Of a stretch of 49,843 bases of DNA, positions 1 through 8,945 are shown in pieces (the stretch's first letter is position 1; each line of letters begins with the position of its first letter). Location of the stretch: contig JAZGFI010000130.1 of NCBI GenBank assembly GCA_036479435.1, positions 1-49,843 of the forward strand. Direction: 5' to 3'. The DNA is from Planctomycetota bacterium (GTDB lineage: Bacteria; Planctomycetota; GCA-002687715; DRQF01). Below the pieces are notes generated by a model. That model made no database searches. It saw only the letters and a program-made list of their open reading frames with translations, and was not told the DNA's origin. Made by a program: the position numbers and the translations under genes.

Positions 1-1265
1 GACCAGGCGCGCGCGCTCGTGATCTCGGCTGGCGTGTCGGCGCCTTTTTCCTTGGTGAGTTCACCTTTGAATTCGGCTTCGATGAGGATTTCGGCGACTT
101 CGCTCAGTCGCAAGGAGTCGGCGGAACGGCCCAGCACAAAGCGTCCCGGACAAAGGGCGTCCTCGACTAAGATCCCCTTTGACACGAGGTATTCGCAGAC
201 CTCTTCAACGTTTTCGTGTTGAGTAGCCATGTCCGTGGCCATTTCGCGGCTGGTTTGTGCGGGGATACCATTGGACAAAGCGGCATCGATCCTCGTCAAA
301 ATTTCGAATCCGATCAACAGCTTCGAGCGTTGCCGATCCGGTGCGCGCGAGGCCTTTCTGATGGTCGCGAGATTTTGGTGAACGTAGCTTATCTCGGCCC
401 CAAAAATCGTGATGGCCCAACTCAGGTAAATCCAAACCAATAGCAGGGGAACCGTGGCTAGCTGGCCATAGAAAGTCGCCGCGGTTGTCGCCTTGGAGAC
501 GTAGAGAATGAAGCCCACTTTGGAAAGGCTCCACAAAAGTGCACCGGTGAATCCACCGGCCAATGCAGAACGTAGGCGTACGCGAGTCGCGGGCAAGAAC
601 AGATAGACCGTCGAGAAACCGAGCAGGGCGGTGACGAATGGAACGCCAAATTCGTAGATCTGACGGATGATCCAGTAGTCGGCCAGCAAGCCTTCAAACA
701 CGCCGTCTTTTGGCACCAAGACCGCGCCGATCGAGATCGAAGCCGCAATGAGGAAAGGACTGGTCGTCAGGATCAACCAAAAAGCGCTAAGGCGCTTTAG
801 GTAACCACGGTTGCCTTTGATCTTCCAGATGACGTTGAAGATGCGTTCGGCGGCCGTCAGGAGGCCGAGCGCCGCCACTAAGAGCGCGGCGATGGCAGTG
901 GTGTTGACGACGCCGGCGGGGCCCGACGAGAAGGCCTCTTTCGAGATGTTGTTCGCAAGCCACTCAGAGATCTGTTCCTGAAATTCTGGCGCGACGAACT
1001 TAAAAACCTGCTCTTCGACATACTTGATGATGCGGTCGCCACCGCCGAGCATGCCGGCGAAGCCAAAAAACAACACCGTCAAAGGGATGAGGGATAAGAT
1101 CGTGGCAAAGGACAGGGTCGCGGCGCGCTCAAGTCCGATGTCGCGGCGGAATTCTCGGATGGCGTAGACCAGGATGCGCAGCGTGTCCAAGAACTTCTTG
1201 GGCATGCTGGCCAAGCGCTCTTCCAAGGTGAGTAGTTTTTCGCGCAGCTTGTGACTATTGAACAC
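1..1265 (-). CDS. YihY/BrkB-family inner-membrane protein with a probable C-terminal winged-helix region (runs off the window edge)
   Basis: Not in the ORF track because its stop is outside the window. Manual translation from GTG at 1265 is open to position 3: MFNSHKLREK...ERAATLSFATILSLIPL...AERIFNVIWK...FYGQLATVPLLLVWIYLSWAITIFGAEI. These match YihY family motifs, with several TM helices. Confidence 0.85.
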   Translation of the reverse strand, partial: MFNSHKLREKLLTLEERLASMPKKFLDTLRILVYAIREFRRDIGLERAATLSFATILSLIPLTVLFFGFAGMLGGGDRIIKYVEEQVFKFVAPEFQEQISEWLANNISKEAFSSGPAGVVNTTAIAALLVAALGLLTAAERIFNVIWKIKGNRGYLKRLSAFWLILTTSPFLIAASISIGAVLVPKDGVFEGLLADYWIIRQIYEFGVPFVTALLGFSTVYLFLPATRVRLRSALAGGFTGALLWSLSKVGFILYVSKATTAATFYGQLATVPLLLVWIYLSWAITIFGAEISYVHQNLATIRKASRAPDRQRSKLLIGFEILTRIDAALSNGIPAQTSREMATDMATQHENVEEVCEYLVSKGILVEDALCPGRFVLGRSADSLRLSEVAEILIEAEFKGELTKEKGADTPAEITSARAW

Positions 1266-1371
1266 GGCTCAAACTTTCTATTCGACCCCCGTGAGACGAG
1301 GCTCAGCCTCTCTAAGGTGTTAACAAACCCCTGGGACTCGAATCCCCAGACCTGACCTCAAGGCCGCGATC

Positions 1372-3027
1372 GTGACGAAGAACGAACGACAACTAGGAGC
1401 TGCCATTCGCGAGGCCCAAGCGTCTTTGGTCGCTGATGTGTCGCCAGCGTTTTTGGCCGAGCGCCTCCGTTTCTATTTCGGCATGTGTGCCGTCTTGGCT
1501 TTTGCGGCGGGCATCGCCTTTTTGGCCTTTGGGTTCAATGATGGCCGCGATTGGGTGCAGCGGGTCCTCGATACCGAGTTGACGCTGACACCTTGGTCGA
1601 CCGCCTGGTTGATGGGTTTGGGATGGGCGCTGACGCGATGGCTTGCGCTGTCCAGGCCCCTATTGTTGGGCCTGGATGCCGTCCTTTCATTGGCCTTGAC
1701 CGCCAATGTCGCTTTGAACGCGGTCTTAGGCCGCGGCATCGCCAACGGACTTTTGGTCGTCTTGTTCATGATGATGACCCAGCTCTTTCGGGCCGTCGCC
1801 ATTCCATCTTCGGGATACCGGACCGGATTGATCGCCGGATGTGCGGGCGTGATCGCTTTCTGTTCGGTCTGGCGCGAAGAACTCGTTTGGCGAAGTGTCG
1901 GTATTTTTAGCCGCGAGCCCGTGTTGCCCTTAGTTAGCTTCGGGGCGTGGATTGTGTCGGCCGTCGCCATCGCCGTGACGGCGTCGCATGTGATCTACGG
2001 TCTCCGACGTGAAATAGACCGTGCGCGCAAACTCGGTCAGTACACTTTGATCGAAAAGATCGGTCGTGGCGGCATGGGGCAGGTCTTTCGGGCCCGGCAC
2101 GCGATGTTGCGGCGACCCACGGCGGTCAAGATCTTGACGCGGGCGGATGGCGACGAGGAAGCGCTCTCGAGGTTTGAGCGCGAGGTCCAAGCGACGTCGA
2201 TGCTCACGCACCCCAATACGATTGCGATCTATGATTTCGGTCGGACTCCGGAGGGCATCTTCTACTACGCCATGGAGCATCTTGATGGCGCGAACCTACA
2301 GGAGGTTGTGGAACGCAGTGACGTGTTCTGCGAAGCCCGCGTTCTGCACGTCTTGGAGGGCGTGGCGGCATCGTTGGCCGAGGCGCACGCGAGTGGTTTG
2401 GTGCACCGAGACGTAAAACCGGCCAACATCTTTTTGTGCCACCAAGGTGGCCGCGACGATGTCGTGAAGGTTTTGGATTTTGGATTGGTCAAAGACCAGC
2501 GTTCTGAGAACGCCCCACTGAGGCCAGCGGGGATGATCCTTGGAACGCCCGAGTACTTGGCTCCCGAGGCGATCATGAATCCGTCGGGGGTGGACTATCG
2601 CGTTGATCTCTACGCCTTGGGTGGCGTCGCCTATTTTCTGTTGACGGGTCGCGCTCCCGTGGTGGCCGAGACCATCAGCGAAGCACTTCGGATGCAAATT
2701 GAAGTCGAACCGCCGCCGATCGAAGACCTGCGCGAAGGTGCTATCGATCCCGAATTGGTCGAGTTGATCGAGGACCTTCTCGCAAAGGAACCATCCCGGC
2801 GCCCCAAGACGGCCAACGAGCTGTTGGATCTGCTGGAGCCGCTTATGCAGCGGCTGACCTGGAGCGGGCGGGCGGCGACGGAGTGGTGGGACGAGTGGGG
2901 AATCAAAGTCCGCCGCAAAAGGCCAGATCCGCTGCTGCCAAACTCTCCCGGCGCGAGCGGGTTTCAGACTCTAGAAATCGACCCCACTGAGCTTCAAGCC
3001 ACCAGCCGCCGCCCCTTTTCGAGCTGA
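1372..3027 (+). CDS. Hanks-type Ser/Thr protein kinase with N-terminal multi-pass membrane domain
   Basis: About 6 hydrophobic helices, then GRGGMGQV, AVK, HRDVKPAN, DFG, GTPEYLAPE and DLYALG. Confidence 0.93.
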   Translation: MTKNERQLGAAIREAQASLVADVSPAFLAERLRFYFGMCAVLAFAAGIAFLAFGFNDGRDWVQRVLDTELTLTPWSTAWLMGLGWALTRWLALSRPLLLGLDAVLSLALTANVALNAVLGRGIANGLLVVLFMMMTQLFRAVAIPSSGYRTGLIAGCAGVIAFCSVWREELVWRSVGIFSREPVLPLVSFGAWIVSAVAIAVTASHVIYGLRREIDRARKLGQYTLIEKIGRGGMGQVFRARHAMLRRPTAVKILTRADGDEEALSRFEREVQATSMLTHPNTIAIYDFGRTPEGIFYYAMEHLDGANLQEVVERSDVFCEARVLHVLEGVAASLAEAHASGLVHRDVKPANIFLCHQGGRDDVVKVLDFGLVKDQRSENAPLRPAGMILGTPEYLAPEAIMNPSGVDYRVDLYALGGVAYFLLTGRAPVVAETISEALRMQIEVEPPPIEDLREGAIDPELVELIEDLLAKEPSRRPKTANELLDLLEPLMQRLTWSGRAATEWWDEWGIKVRRKRPDPLLPNSPGASGFQTLEIDPTELQATSRRPFSS

Positions 3028-3069
3028 CCCTCATCGATGTCGATGTCGATGTCGATAGGGCCAGGTCAG
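3024..3069. terminator. Hairpin between convergent genes, containing (TCGATG)x3
   Basis: CCCTCATCGA...TCGATAGGG forms an imperfect inverted repeat and CTGACC/GGTCAG flank it. It sits in the 45-bp gap between convergent stops. Confidence 0.4.
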
Positions 3070-3072
3070 GCC

Positions 3073-3477
3073 TTAGAGGATCGCTTTCGCGCCCGCAGCC
3101 GCCACGGCATGGTCGTCTTCGACGCTGCTGCCGGAAACACCGATGGCTCCGATGATGTCACCGTCTCCGTTTTTTAGCGGAATGCCGCCGGGGAAGGTAA
3201 TGAGGCCACCGTTGCTGTGCTCAATGTTGAAGAGCGGGCCACCGGGCTGCGACAGGCCACCAATCGCGCCAGTATCCATGTTGAAGTAACGCGCGGTGCG
3301 CGCCTTTTTCAGCGCGATATCGATGGACCCAAGCCAGGCGCCGTCCATGCGCGCAAAGGCCTTAAGGTTCGTGCCGGCGTCGACGACCGCGATGTCCGTT
3401 TTGACGCCCATTTCTTGTGACTTTGCAAGGGCGGCGTTCAAGGCATCTTGCGCGGTCTTGAGGGTAATATCGGTCAC
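3073..3477 (-). CDS. GlcG/HbpS-family heme-binding protein
   Basis: Motifs IAVVDAG..L.AF.RMDGA...SIDIA.KKARTA and GGIPL...IGAIGVSG...DD. Start moved to GTG 3477, which follows an AAGGAG RBS. Confidence 0.9.
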   Translation of the reverse strand: MTDITLKTAQDALNAALAKSQEMGVKTDIAVVDAGTNLKAFARMDGAWLGSIDIALKKARTARYFNMDTGAIGGLSQPGGPLFNIEHSNGGLITFPGGIPLKNGDGDIIGAIGVSGSSVEDDHAVAAAGAKAIL

Positions 3478-3585
3478 GAGGAACTCCTTCACTGGGGTTT
3501 GTTGTTCGGTCTTGTACGCTAAAGAATGAAGGGCGTGCCGAGATAGGGCCGCCCCAGGATTTGATTCTAACGAGGTGGCAGGTTC

Positions 3586-4443
3586 ATGCGAGTCGCGAAT
3601 GAGATCTTTGAGCTAAGACAGATTCGGGACCTTTGGATCCGCGAGGGGCGAAGCATCGGCCTTGTACCCACCATGGGGTTTTTGCACGAAGGTCACCTTT
3701 CGCTGGTCCGGGAGAGTGTTCGAAACTGCGATCGCACGGTAGCGTCGATCTTCGTCAATCCCGCGCAATTCGGGCCCGAAATGGATTTGGATCGTTACCC
3801 CCAGAGTTTTGACCGCGATTGCGAGATTCTTCGCGAAGAGGGCGTCGATCTGGTGTTCGCTCCTAGCCCTAAGATGATCTATCCCGAGGGTTTCTCGACC
3901 TGGATTGAAGTCGAAGATCTCGTGGAGCATTTGGATGGTGCTTCGCGTCCCGGCTATTTTCGGGGTATCGCAACGGTGGTGACCAAGCTTTTCAACTTGG
4001 TACGGCCGTCCTCGGCCTACTTCGGTCAAAAAGACATCCAGCAGGCCATCGTTATCCAGCGGGTGGCAAGGGATCTCGACCTGGAAGTCGAGGTGGTCAT
4101 CATGCCAATCATCCGCGAGTCAGACGGTCTCGCCATGTCGAGCCGTAACCACTACTTGAACCCCGAGCAGCGCCAGATCGCTGCGACGCTGTACCGCGCC
4201 TTGATGAAAGCCAAAGAACTCTTCGATACTGGCGAGCGCAGCGCCGCAGTTCTCAAGGCCGCCGCGCAAGCCGTCATCCAATCCGAACCCAAGCTCATCA
4301 TCGACTACGTCGAAATCGTCGACGACCTCAGCATGCAACCCATCAAGGAACTTTCCGGTCCCGCCTACCTAGCACTCGCCTGCGACCTCGAAGGCACCCG
4401 CCTCATCGACAACCAAAAACTAACCATACGGCGTCAGACTTAA
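3586..4443 (+). CDS. panC: Pantoate--beta-alanine ligase
   Basis: Motifs [28 protein letters not shown] and [19 protein letters not shown] upstream. Confidence 0.97.
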   Translation: MRVANEIFELRQIRDLWIREGRSIGLVPTMGFLHEGHLSLVRESVRNCDRTVASIFVNPAQFGPEMDLDRYPQSFDRDCEILREEGVDLVFAPSPKMIYPEGFSTWIEVEDLVEHLDGASRPGYFRGIATVVTKLFNLVRPSSAYFGQKDIQQAIVIQRVARDLDLEVEVVIMPIIRESDGLAMSSRNHYLNPEQRQIAATLYRALMKAKELFDTGERSAAVLKAAAQAVIQSEPKLIIDYVEIVDDLSMQPIKELSGPAYLALACDLEGTRLIDNQKLTIRRQT

Positions 4444-4558
4444 TTCTCCCGCTTTTTTAGGTCAGACCTAAAAAAGCGAACCATACGGCGTCAGACTTAA
4501 TTCTCCCGCTTTTTTTGGTCAGTCCTAGAAAAGCGGGAGAATTAAGTCTGACGCCGTA
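4422..4558. repeat. Nested repeat: two 57-bp tandem copies plus a 30-bp perfect inverted repeat (REP-like element or bidirectional terminator)
   Basis: 4422-4478 and 4479-4535 differ at 3 positions. 4484-4513 is the exact reverse complement of 4529-4558. An internal palindrome spans 4450-4478. Confidence 0.9.
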
Positions 4559-4585
4559 CAACCGGTTTGTTTTCCAATCAGATTC

Positions 4586-5647
4586 TCAACGGACGTAGCT
4601 GTGGATGGCTTGCGGAATGCCTTCGGGGTAGTAGTGATCGGTCCAGCGTTTGGCGTCGTAATTCTCAATTGGCTCTGGTCGTTCAGAGCCCAAAGCGAAC
4701 AGCGAGTAGTGAACATCGCCAAGGGCTGAAACGTCGACTTGCACCAGGCAATCGCGCGCTAGATCTCCGAGCCCGGTGGCGACGAAGGTGATGCCACTCG
4801 ATTCCTCGCGTTGCAAAAAGACGTGGTAGCGGTTTGGGAAGGCACCGGTGTCACCCGATATCCAGTGGACTGACTTGGTCTTGGCGGTAGCTACGAGATC
4901 TTCGCGGAAGCTCTTAGTTGCAGGAAAGAGATCCTTTGCGAAGTGTGCGCTGCGCAACAGGTTGCCGCCTTGATTGCTCGCGAGGGCTGCGATGACGAGT
5001 TCCTTCGAATCGGCCCAGAGCATCTTGTGCGTGAATAGGAACACCGTCTTCAAACCCGAGTCCTCGCGGGCTGCCGCCAGCTGTGACTTGAGAAACTTCA
5101 GCTGATCTCCCATGATCCGCCACTCTTTGGTCTCAGAATCGAGGACTAAAAACAGGGTCACGCCAATCCTGAACGCGTAGTAGTTGGGACCGAATTGCTC
5201 GCTCCACCATGTTTTTCGGCTTCCCAGATCATGGTTGCCGACGGCGTTTAAAACCGGAAAGGGCAGGGTCTTCAGAAAGCCCAAAGTGCGTTCGACTTCA
5301 GCTTTGTCTTCGATGCGACAGAACAAGTCCCCGAGTCCCATGAAGAACCGTGGTAGGGCAGCTATGAGGCGATCCTTCGACGATGTCCATGTGAGCGCGG
5401 GTCGTGGTTTTTTGGGGTCCGGGCTGCCGTAGAGGTGACCTCCAGTGAAAAAGCGAAATGCGGCGGGACCGGGTGCGAGCGGAAGGCCGTTCAGGCTGCG
5501 CTGGCCGATCGGCAGGGCCGTCGCGACCGGCGGCTTCTCGGCATCCTGTTGTTCCTGAGCCGTTTGAGTTTCGGCCGAACTTGGAGGCGTCGCGTTTCCG
5601 CAAGCCAAACCAAGCCCCAAGCAGGCGAACAACAGGCAGCGCATCAT
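4586..5647 (-). CDS. Calcineurin-like metallophosphoesterase, predicted lipoprotein
   Basis: Lipobox (LGLAC-G) follows MMRCLL. Contains GDL, GNHD, TH and GD motifs; the first motif is the variant GHLYG. Confidence 0.75.
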   Translation of the reverse strand: MMRCLLFACLGLGLACGNATPPSSAETQTAQEQQDAEKPPVATALPIGQRSLNGLPLAPGPAAFRFFTGGHLYGSPDPKKPRPALTWTSSKDRLIAALPRFFMGLGDLFCRIEDKAEVERTLGFLKTLPFPVLNAVGNHDLGSRKTWWSEQFGPNYYAFRIGVTLFLVLDSETKEWRIMGDQLKFLKSQLAAAREDSGLKTVFLFTHKMLWADSKELVIAALASNQGGNLLRSAHFAKDLFPATKSFREDLVATAKTKSVHWISGDTGAFPNRYHVFLQREESSGITFVATGLGDLARDCLVQVDVSALGDVHYSLFALGSERPEPIENYDAKRWTDHYYPEGIPQAIHSYVR

Positions 5648-5785
5648 ACGTTTTGTTTCGCGAGTTTTGAGCAATGCGGATTCTCCCAGGTTCTCCGAAT
5701 CTTAGCAGGCCTGACTTCCGCTTGGAGTTGGGGACAAAAAACGTGACAATTCCCCACAGTCCTTCTTCTCTTTGGTGAGTCAATC

Positions 5786-6763
5786 TTGAGCCATCCGTCA
5801 AATTCACAAGCTAACGACCAATGGCACACTCGATTTGCGGCAGCAAAATCCCTCGCGGTCGCGATGAGTGGAACAAGCGGTCTCCTGGGGCGCAACCTAA
5901 AGGCGGTACTCGAATCTCAGGGCCATCGGGTAGTTCCGATTTTGCGTGCTGCGAAGTCGGGCGAGACGGATTCGATCCAATGGGACACCGCGAAACAGAT
6001 CATGGATGCTCGCGGTTTCGAAAATTGCGACGTCGTCGTCCACCTGGCGGGAGAAAACATCGTGTCCGGGCGGTGGAACAAAGCCCGGAAAGACCGCATC
6101 TCCGAGAGCCGCATCCGCGGCACGCGTGCCGTGGTTGACGCGCTCGAAGAATCGTCGCCTCGGCCACGTCTGTTAGTTAGTGCCTCGGCCGTGGGCTTCT
6201 ACGGGAATCGCGGCGATGAGATCCTCGACGAAAACTCGGCGGCGGGGGAGGGGTTTTTCGCAGACCTTGCGCAAGGCTGGGAGGCGGAGGCCTTGCGGGC
6301 CGAAACCCTAGACGTCCGCGGCGTCTGCCTTAGATTCGGCGTGATCTTGACGCCGGAGGGCGGGGCTTTAAAAAAGATGCTGCCCGCTTTTCGTGCGGGG
6401 ATGGGCGGAAGACTCGGCAGTGGTCGCCAGTGGATGAGCTGGCTGTCCATCGACGATGCGATCGGCATCATCCTTGAGGCGATTCGAAACGAGGATTACC
6501 GCGGCCCCATCAACGCCGTCGCCCCCGAGCTCGTAAACAATCAACAATTCACCAAGGCCTTGGGCCGCGTGCTCCGTCGTCCGACCATTTTGCCGGTTCC
6601 GGCGTTTGCACTCCGAGCGTTGTTCGGCGAGTTGGCCGACGAGGCACTCTTGGCGAGCACGCGCGCCCAGCCGGAGCGCTTGCAGCAGTTGGGATATGAG
6701 TTTCGCGACGCTGAGCTCTTTCCCTGCTTGTCTCGACTTTGTGGGCGGTCGGATGTCGATTGA
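5786..6763 (+). CDS. TIGR01777/YfcH-family NAD(P)-dependent epimerase
   Basis: Motifs SGTSGLLG, VVHLAGE, SASAVGFYG, GGRLGSGRQWMSW and GPINAVAP. The start codon is uncertain. Confidence 0.92.
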   Translation: MSHPSNSQANDQWHTRFAAAKSLAVAMSGTSGLLGRNLKAVLESQGHRVVPILRAAKSGETDSIQWDTAKQIMDARGFENCDVVVHLAGENIVSGRWNKARKDRISESRIRGTRAVVDALEESSPRPRLLVSASAVGFYGNRGDEILDENSAAGEGFFADLAQGWEAEALRAETLDVRGVCLRFGVILTPEGGALKKMLPAFRAGMGGRLGSGRQWMSWLSIDDAIGIILEAIRNEDYRGPINAVAPELVNNQQFTKALGRVLRRPTILPVPAFALRALFGELADEALLASTRAQPERLQQLGYEFRDAELFPCLSRLCGRSDVD

Positions 6764-6844
6764 GGTGGGGGGGGGGGGCGGCGCGCCAAGAGGGTCGGAA
6801 AAAAGTGGGAGAATTGTGTCTGACGCGGTATAGCCGGTTTTGAT

Positions 6845-7483
6845 TTAGGTTTGTTGTTCGCGGTAGTGGGCGATGCGCCATAGGTACAAGCTGGCGACGC
6901 TTCGCCAGGGGCTCCATCTTTCGGCCCAGGCATCGCATTCGCGAGGGGTCAGTTTTTCGAGACCCCTTACTCTCGCCATGCCGTTGCGAAGCGCGAGGTC
7001 GCCGGAGGAAAAGACGTCGGGGCGTCGAAGATCGAAGATCGCAAACATCTGAGCGGTCCACAGTCCGATGCCGCGCACTTCGGTGAGGAGTCCTTCAAGC
7101 TTTTCTTGGGGCAGGGCCGAGAGGCGCTTTTTGGCGAGCGCCCCCGAGCTAAAGGCCTCGGAAAGGGCCCGCAAGTACGAGATCTTTTGCACCGACAGCC
7201 CCGCAGAGCTTAGTTTCGCGTCCGAAAGCGAAAGCCAATCCTTAGGGCGAGGATGACCCGTCTTTTCGCAAAGCGCAAAACTGCGCGCGATGATGGTCTG
7301 CGCCGCGCGATTGGAAATCTGTTGGCTAATGAGCGTTCGAGACAGGCTCACGAACTGAGTGGGCTTGCGCGGTGGCGCGTCGAGGGGCCCGATCTTCTTC
7401 ATCCAAACGCCAAGTTCTGGGTCTTTGCGCAACAAAAAGCGCCGACCTCGTTTCATGCCTTCGGCGTCAATGGAATCTGCCAT
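6845..7483 (-). CDS. DNA-3-methyladenine glycosylase II (AlkA/HhH-GPD family)
   Basis: Motifs ISQQIS..AA, HhH GIGLWTAQM, RPDVF..GD and WSPWRSVASLYLW. Confidence 0.92.
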   Translation of the reverse strand: MADSIDAEGMKRGRRFLLRKDPELGVWMKKIGPLDAPPRKPTQFVSLSRTLISQQISNRAAQTIIARSFALCEKTGHPRPKDWLSLSDAKLSSAGLSVQKISYLRALSEAFSSGALAKKRLSALPQEKLEGLLTEVRGIGLWTAQMFAIFDLRRPDVFSSGDLALRNGMARVRGLEKLTPRECDAWAERWSPWRSVASLYLWRIAHYREQQT

Positions 7484-7577
7484 TTAGAACTCCGTCTTCA
7501 GAATTTACGCCGCTCCTGCGACTCTTGTCATCACCCAAGACAATAATTCCATCGATGAAGAAATTGAAGGGACGATC

Positions 7578-8063
7578 ATGAAGATTCGCGTTTGCTGTGT
7601 TTGTCTGGGCAACATTTGTAGGTCGCCGACCGCGGAAGGCATCTTGTTGGATCTCGTCAAGAAGTCTGGGCTCTCCGATCGCGTCTCAATCGACTCGGCG
7701 GGTACCGCTGGCTACCACTTGGGATCACGGGCCGACGCCCGCAGTCGGGCGATCGCCAGTCGCCATGGTGTTGACTTGCCGAGCCGCGGGGCGCGTTTTG
7801 ACTGCGAAGATTTTGACCGCTTTGACTACGTCTTGGCGATGGATTCTGAGAACGCCTCAAGTCTTAAGGCCCTGGCGCGCGATGACGATGAGCGATCGAA
7901 GATCTTTTTGTTTCGAAGTTTCGACTCAGATTCCGCCGCGGGGGCCGAAGTGCCCGACCCTTACTACGGAGGCGACCGTGGATTCGAAGAGGTCTTTCGC
8001 ATCTGCGAGCGCGCGGCCGCGGGCTTTGTGGCTCACTTGCAACAAAAGCTGTCATCGCCATGA
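7578..8063 (+). CDS. Low-molecular-weight protein-tyrosine phosphatase
   Basis: P-loop VCLGNICRSP, DSAGT and general-acid loop VPDPYYG. Confidence 0.96.
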   Translation: MKIRVCCVCLGNICRSPTAEGILLDLVKKSGLSDRVSIDSAGTAGYHLGSRADARSRAIASRHGVDLPSRGARFDCEDFDRFDYVLAMDSENASSLKALARDDDERSKIFLFRSFDSDSAAGAEVPDPYYGGDRGFEEVFRICERAAAGFVAHLQQKLSSP

Positions 8064-8935
8064 ACGAGGAGCTGCAAGTTTGCCTGGCCGACAAACTCGG
8101 CGGTCGCATCCGCAGCGTTCAAAGCATTGGCGGCGGTGATCTCAGCGAAGCCTTTTGCGTCACCTTGGCTGACGGCCAAGTCGTGTTTGCCAAGACCATG
8201 CTGGGCGCAGACCCGACTTTGTTTTCAGCCGAGGCCGCGGGACTCGAATGGCTGCGAACGTCGACCTCCCTGACCATTCCCGAGGTCTTGGCGGTCTCGT
8301 CCCCGAAAGACAGCGAGCCGCCGTTTTTGGTTTTGGAATGGCTGGAAGCGGGAACAAAGTCAAAACACTACGGCGAGCGATTGGGAAGGGGCTTGGCCGA
8401 ACTTCACCGCGCATCACTCCCCGAGTTTGGCCTGAACCGTGACAACTTCCTCGGGCCGCTTCGGCAAGAAAACACGGCGCTAACGACATGGGCTGAATTC
8501 TACTCAGAGCGGCGCTTGCAGCTTTTGTGGAAGCGGGCCCAGAAACTCGGCCTCACGACTTCGGGTTTCGATCGAGGCATGGAAGCCCTCATCGCAAACC
8601 TCGCTGCGGCCATGGGACCACCGGAGCCACCCTCAAGACTTCACGGCGATTTGTGGTCGGGAAACGTCATGACGACCTCAACCGGCCGGCCCGCCTTGAT
8701 CGACCCCGCCGTTTACGGCGGGCACCGCGAGATCGACCTCGCAATGCTGAAGCTCTTTGGATTCGCTCACCCCGAGGCCTTTAGCGCCTACGAAGAGAGC
8801 TTCCCCCTTGCCGAGGGCGCCGACCAAAGAATTCCGCTCTATCAGCTCTACCCGCTGCTCGCGCACCTCAATCTCTTCGGCGGCGGCTACTTGGCGAGTT
8901 GCGAAAACGCTCTGCGCCAAGTTCGTTGGAAGTGA
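8060..8935 (+). CDS. Fructosamine kinase family protein
   Basis: Motifs LHGDLWSGN and LIDPAVYGGHREIDLAML. ATGA overlap with the upstream phosphatase. Confidence 0.93.
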   Translation: MNEELQVCLADKLGGRIRSVQSIGGGDLSEAFCVTLADGQVVFAKTMLGADPTLFSAEAAGLEWLRTSTSLTIPEVLAVSSPKDSEPPFLVLEWLEAGTKSKHYGERLGRGLAELHRASLPEFGLNRDNFLGPLRQENTALTTWAEFYSERRLQLLWKRAQKLGLTTSGFDRGMEALIANLAAAMGPPEPPSRLHGDLWSGNVMTTSTGRPALIDPAVYGGHREIDLAMLKLFGFAHPEAFSAYEESFPLAEGADQRIPLYQLYPLLAHLNLFGGGYLASCENALRQVRWK

Positions 8936-8945
8936 GAAGCCTGAA

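Noticed and set aside
4422..4558. Possible CRISPR array
   Set aside because: Only two direct copies with near-identical intervening sequence plus an inverted copy; no unique spacers and no cas genes.
6767..6778. G12 homopolymer as a phase-variation switch
   Set aside because: It lies between two convergent stop codons, so slippage would alter neither a reading frame nor a promoter.
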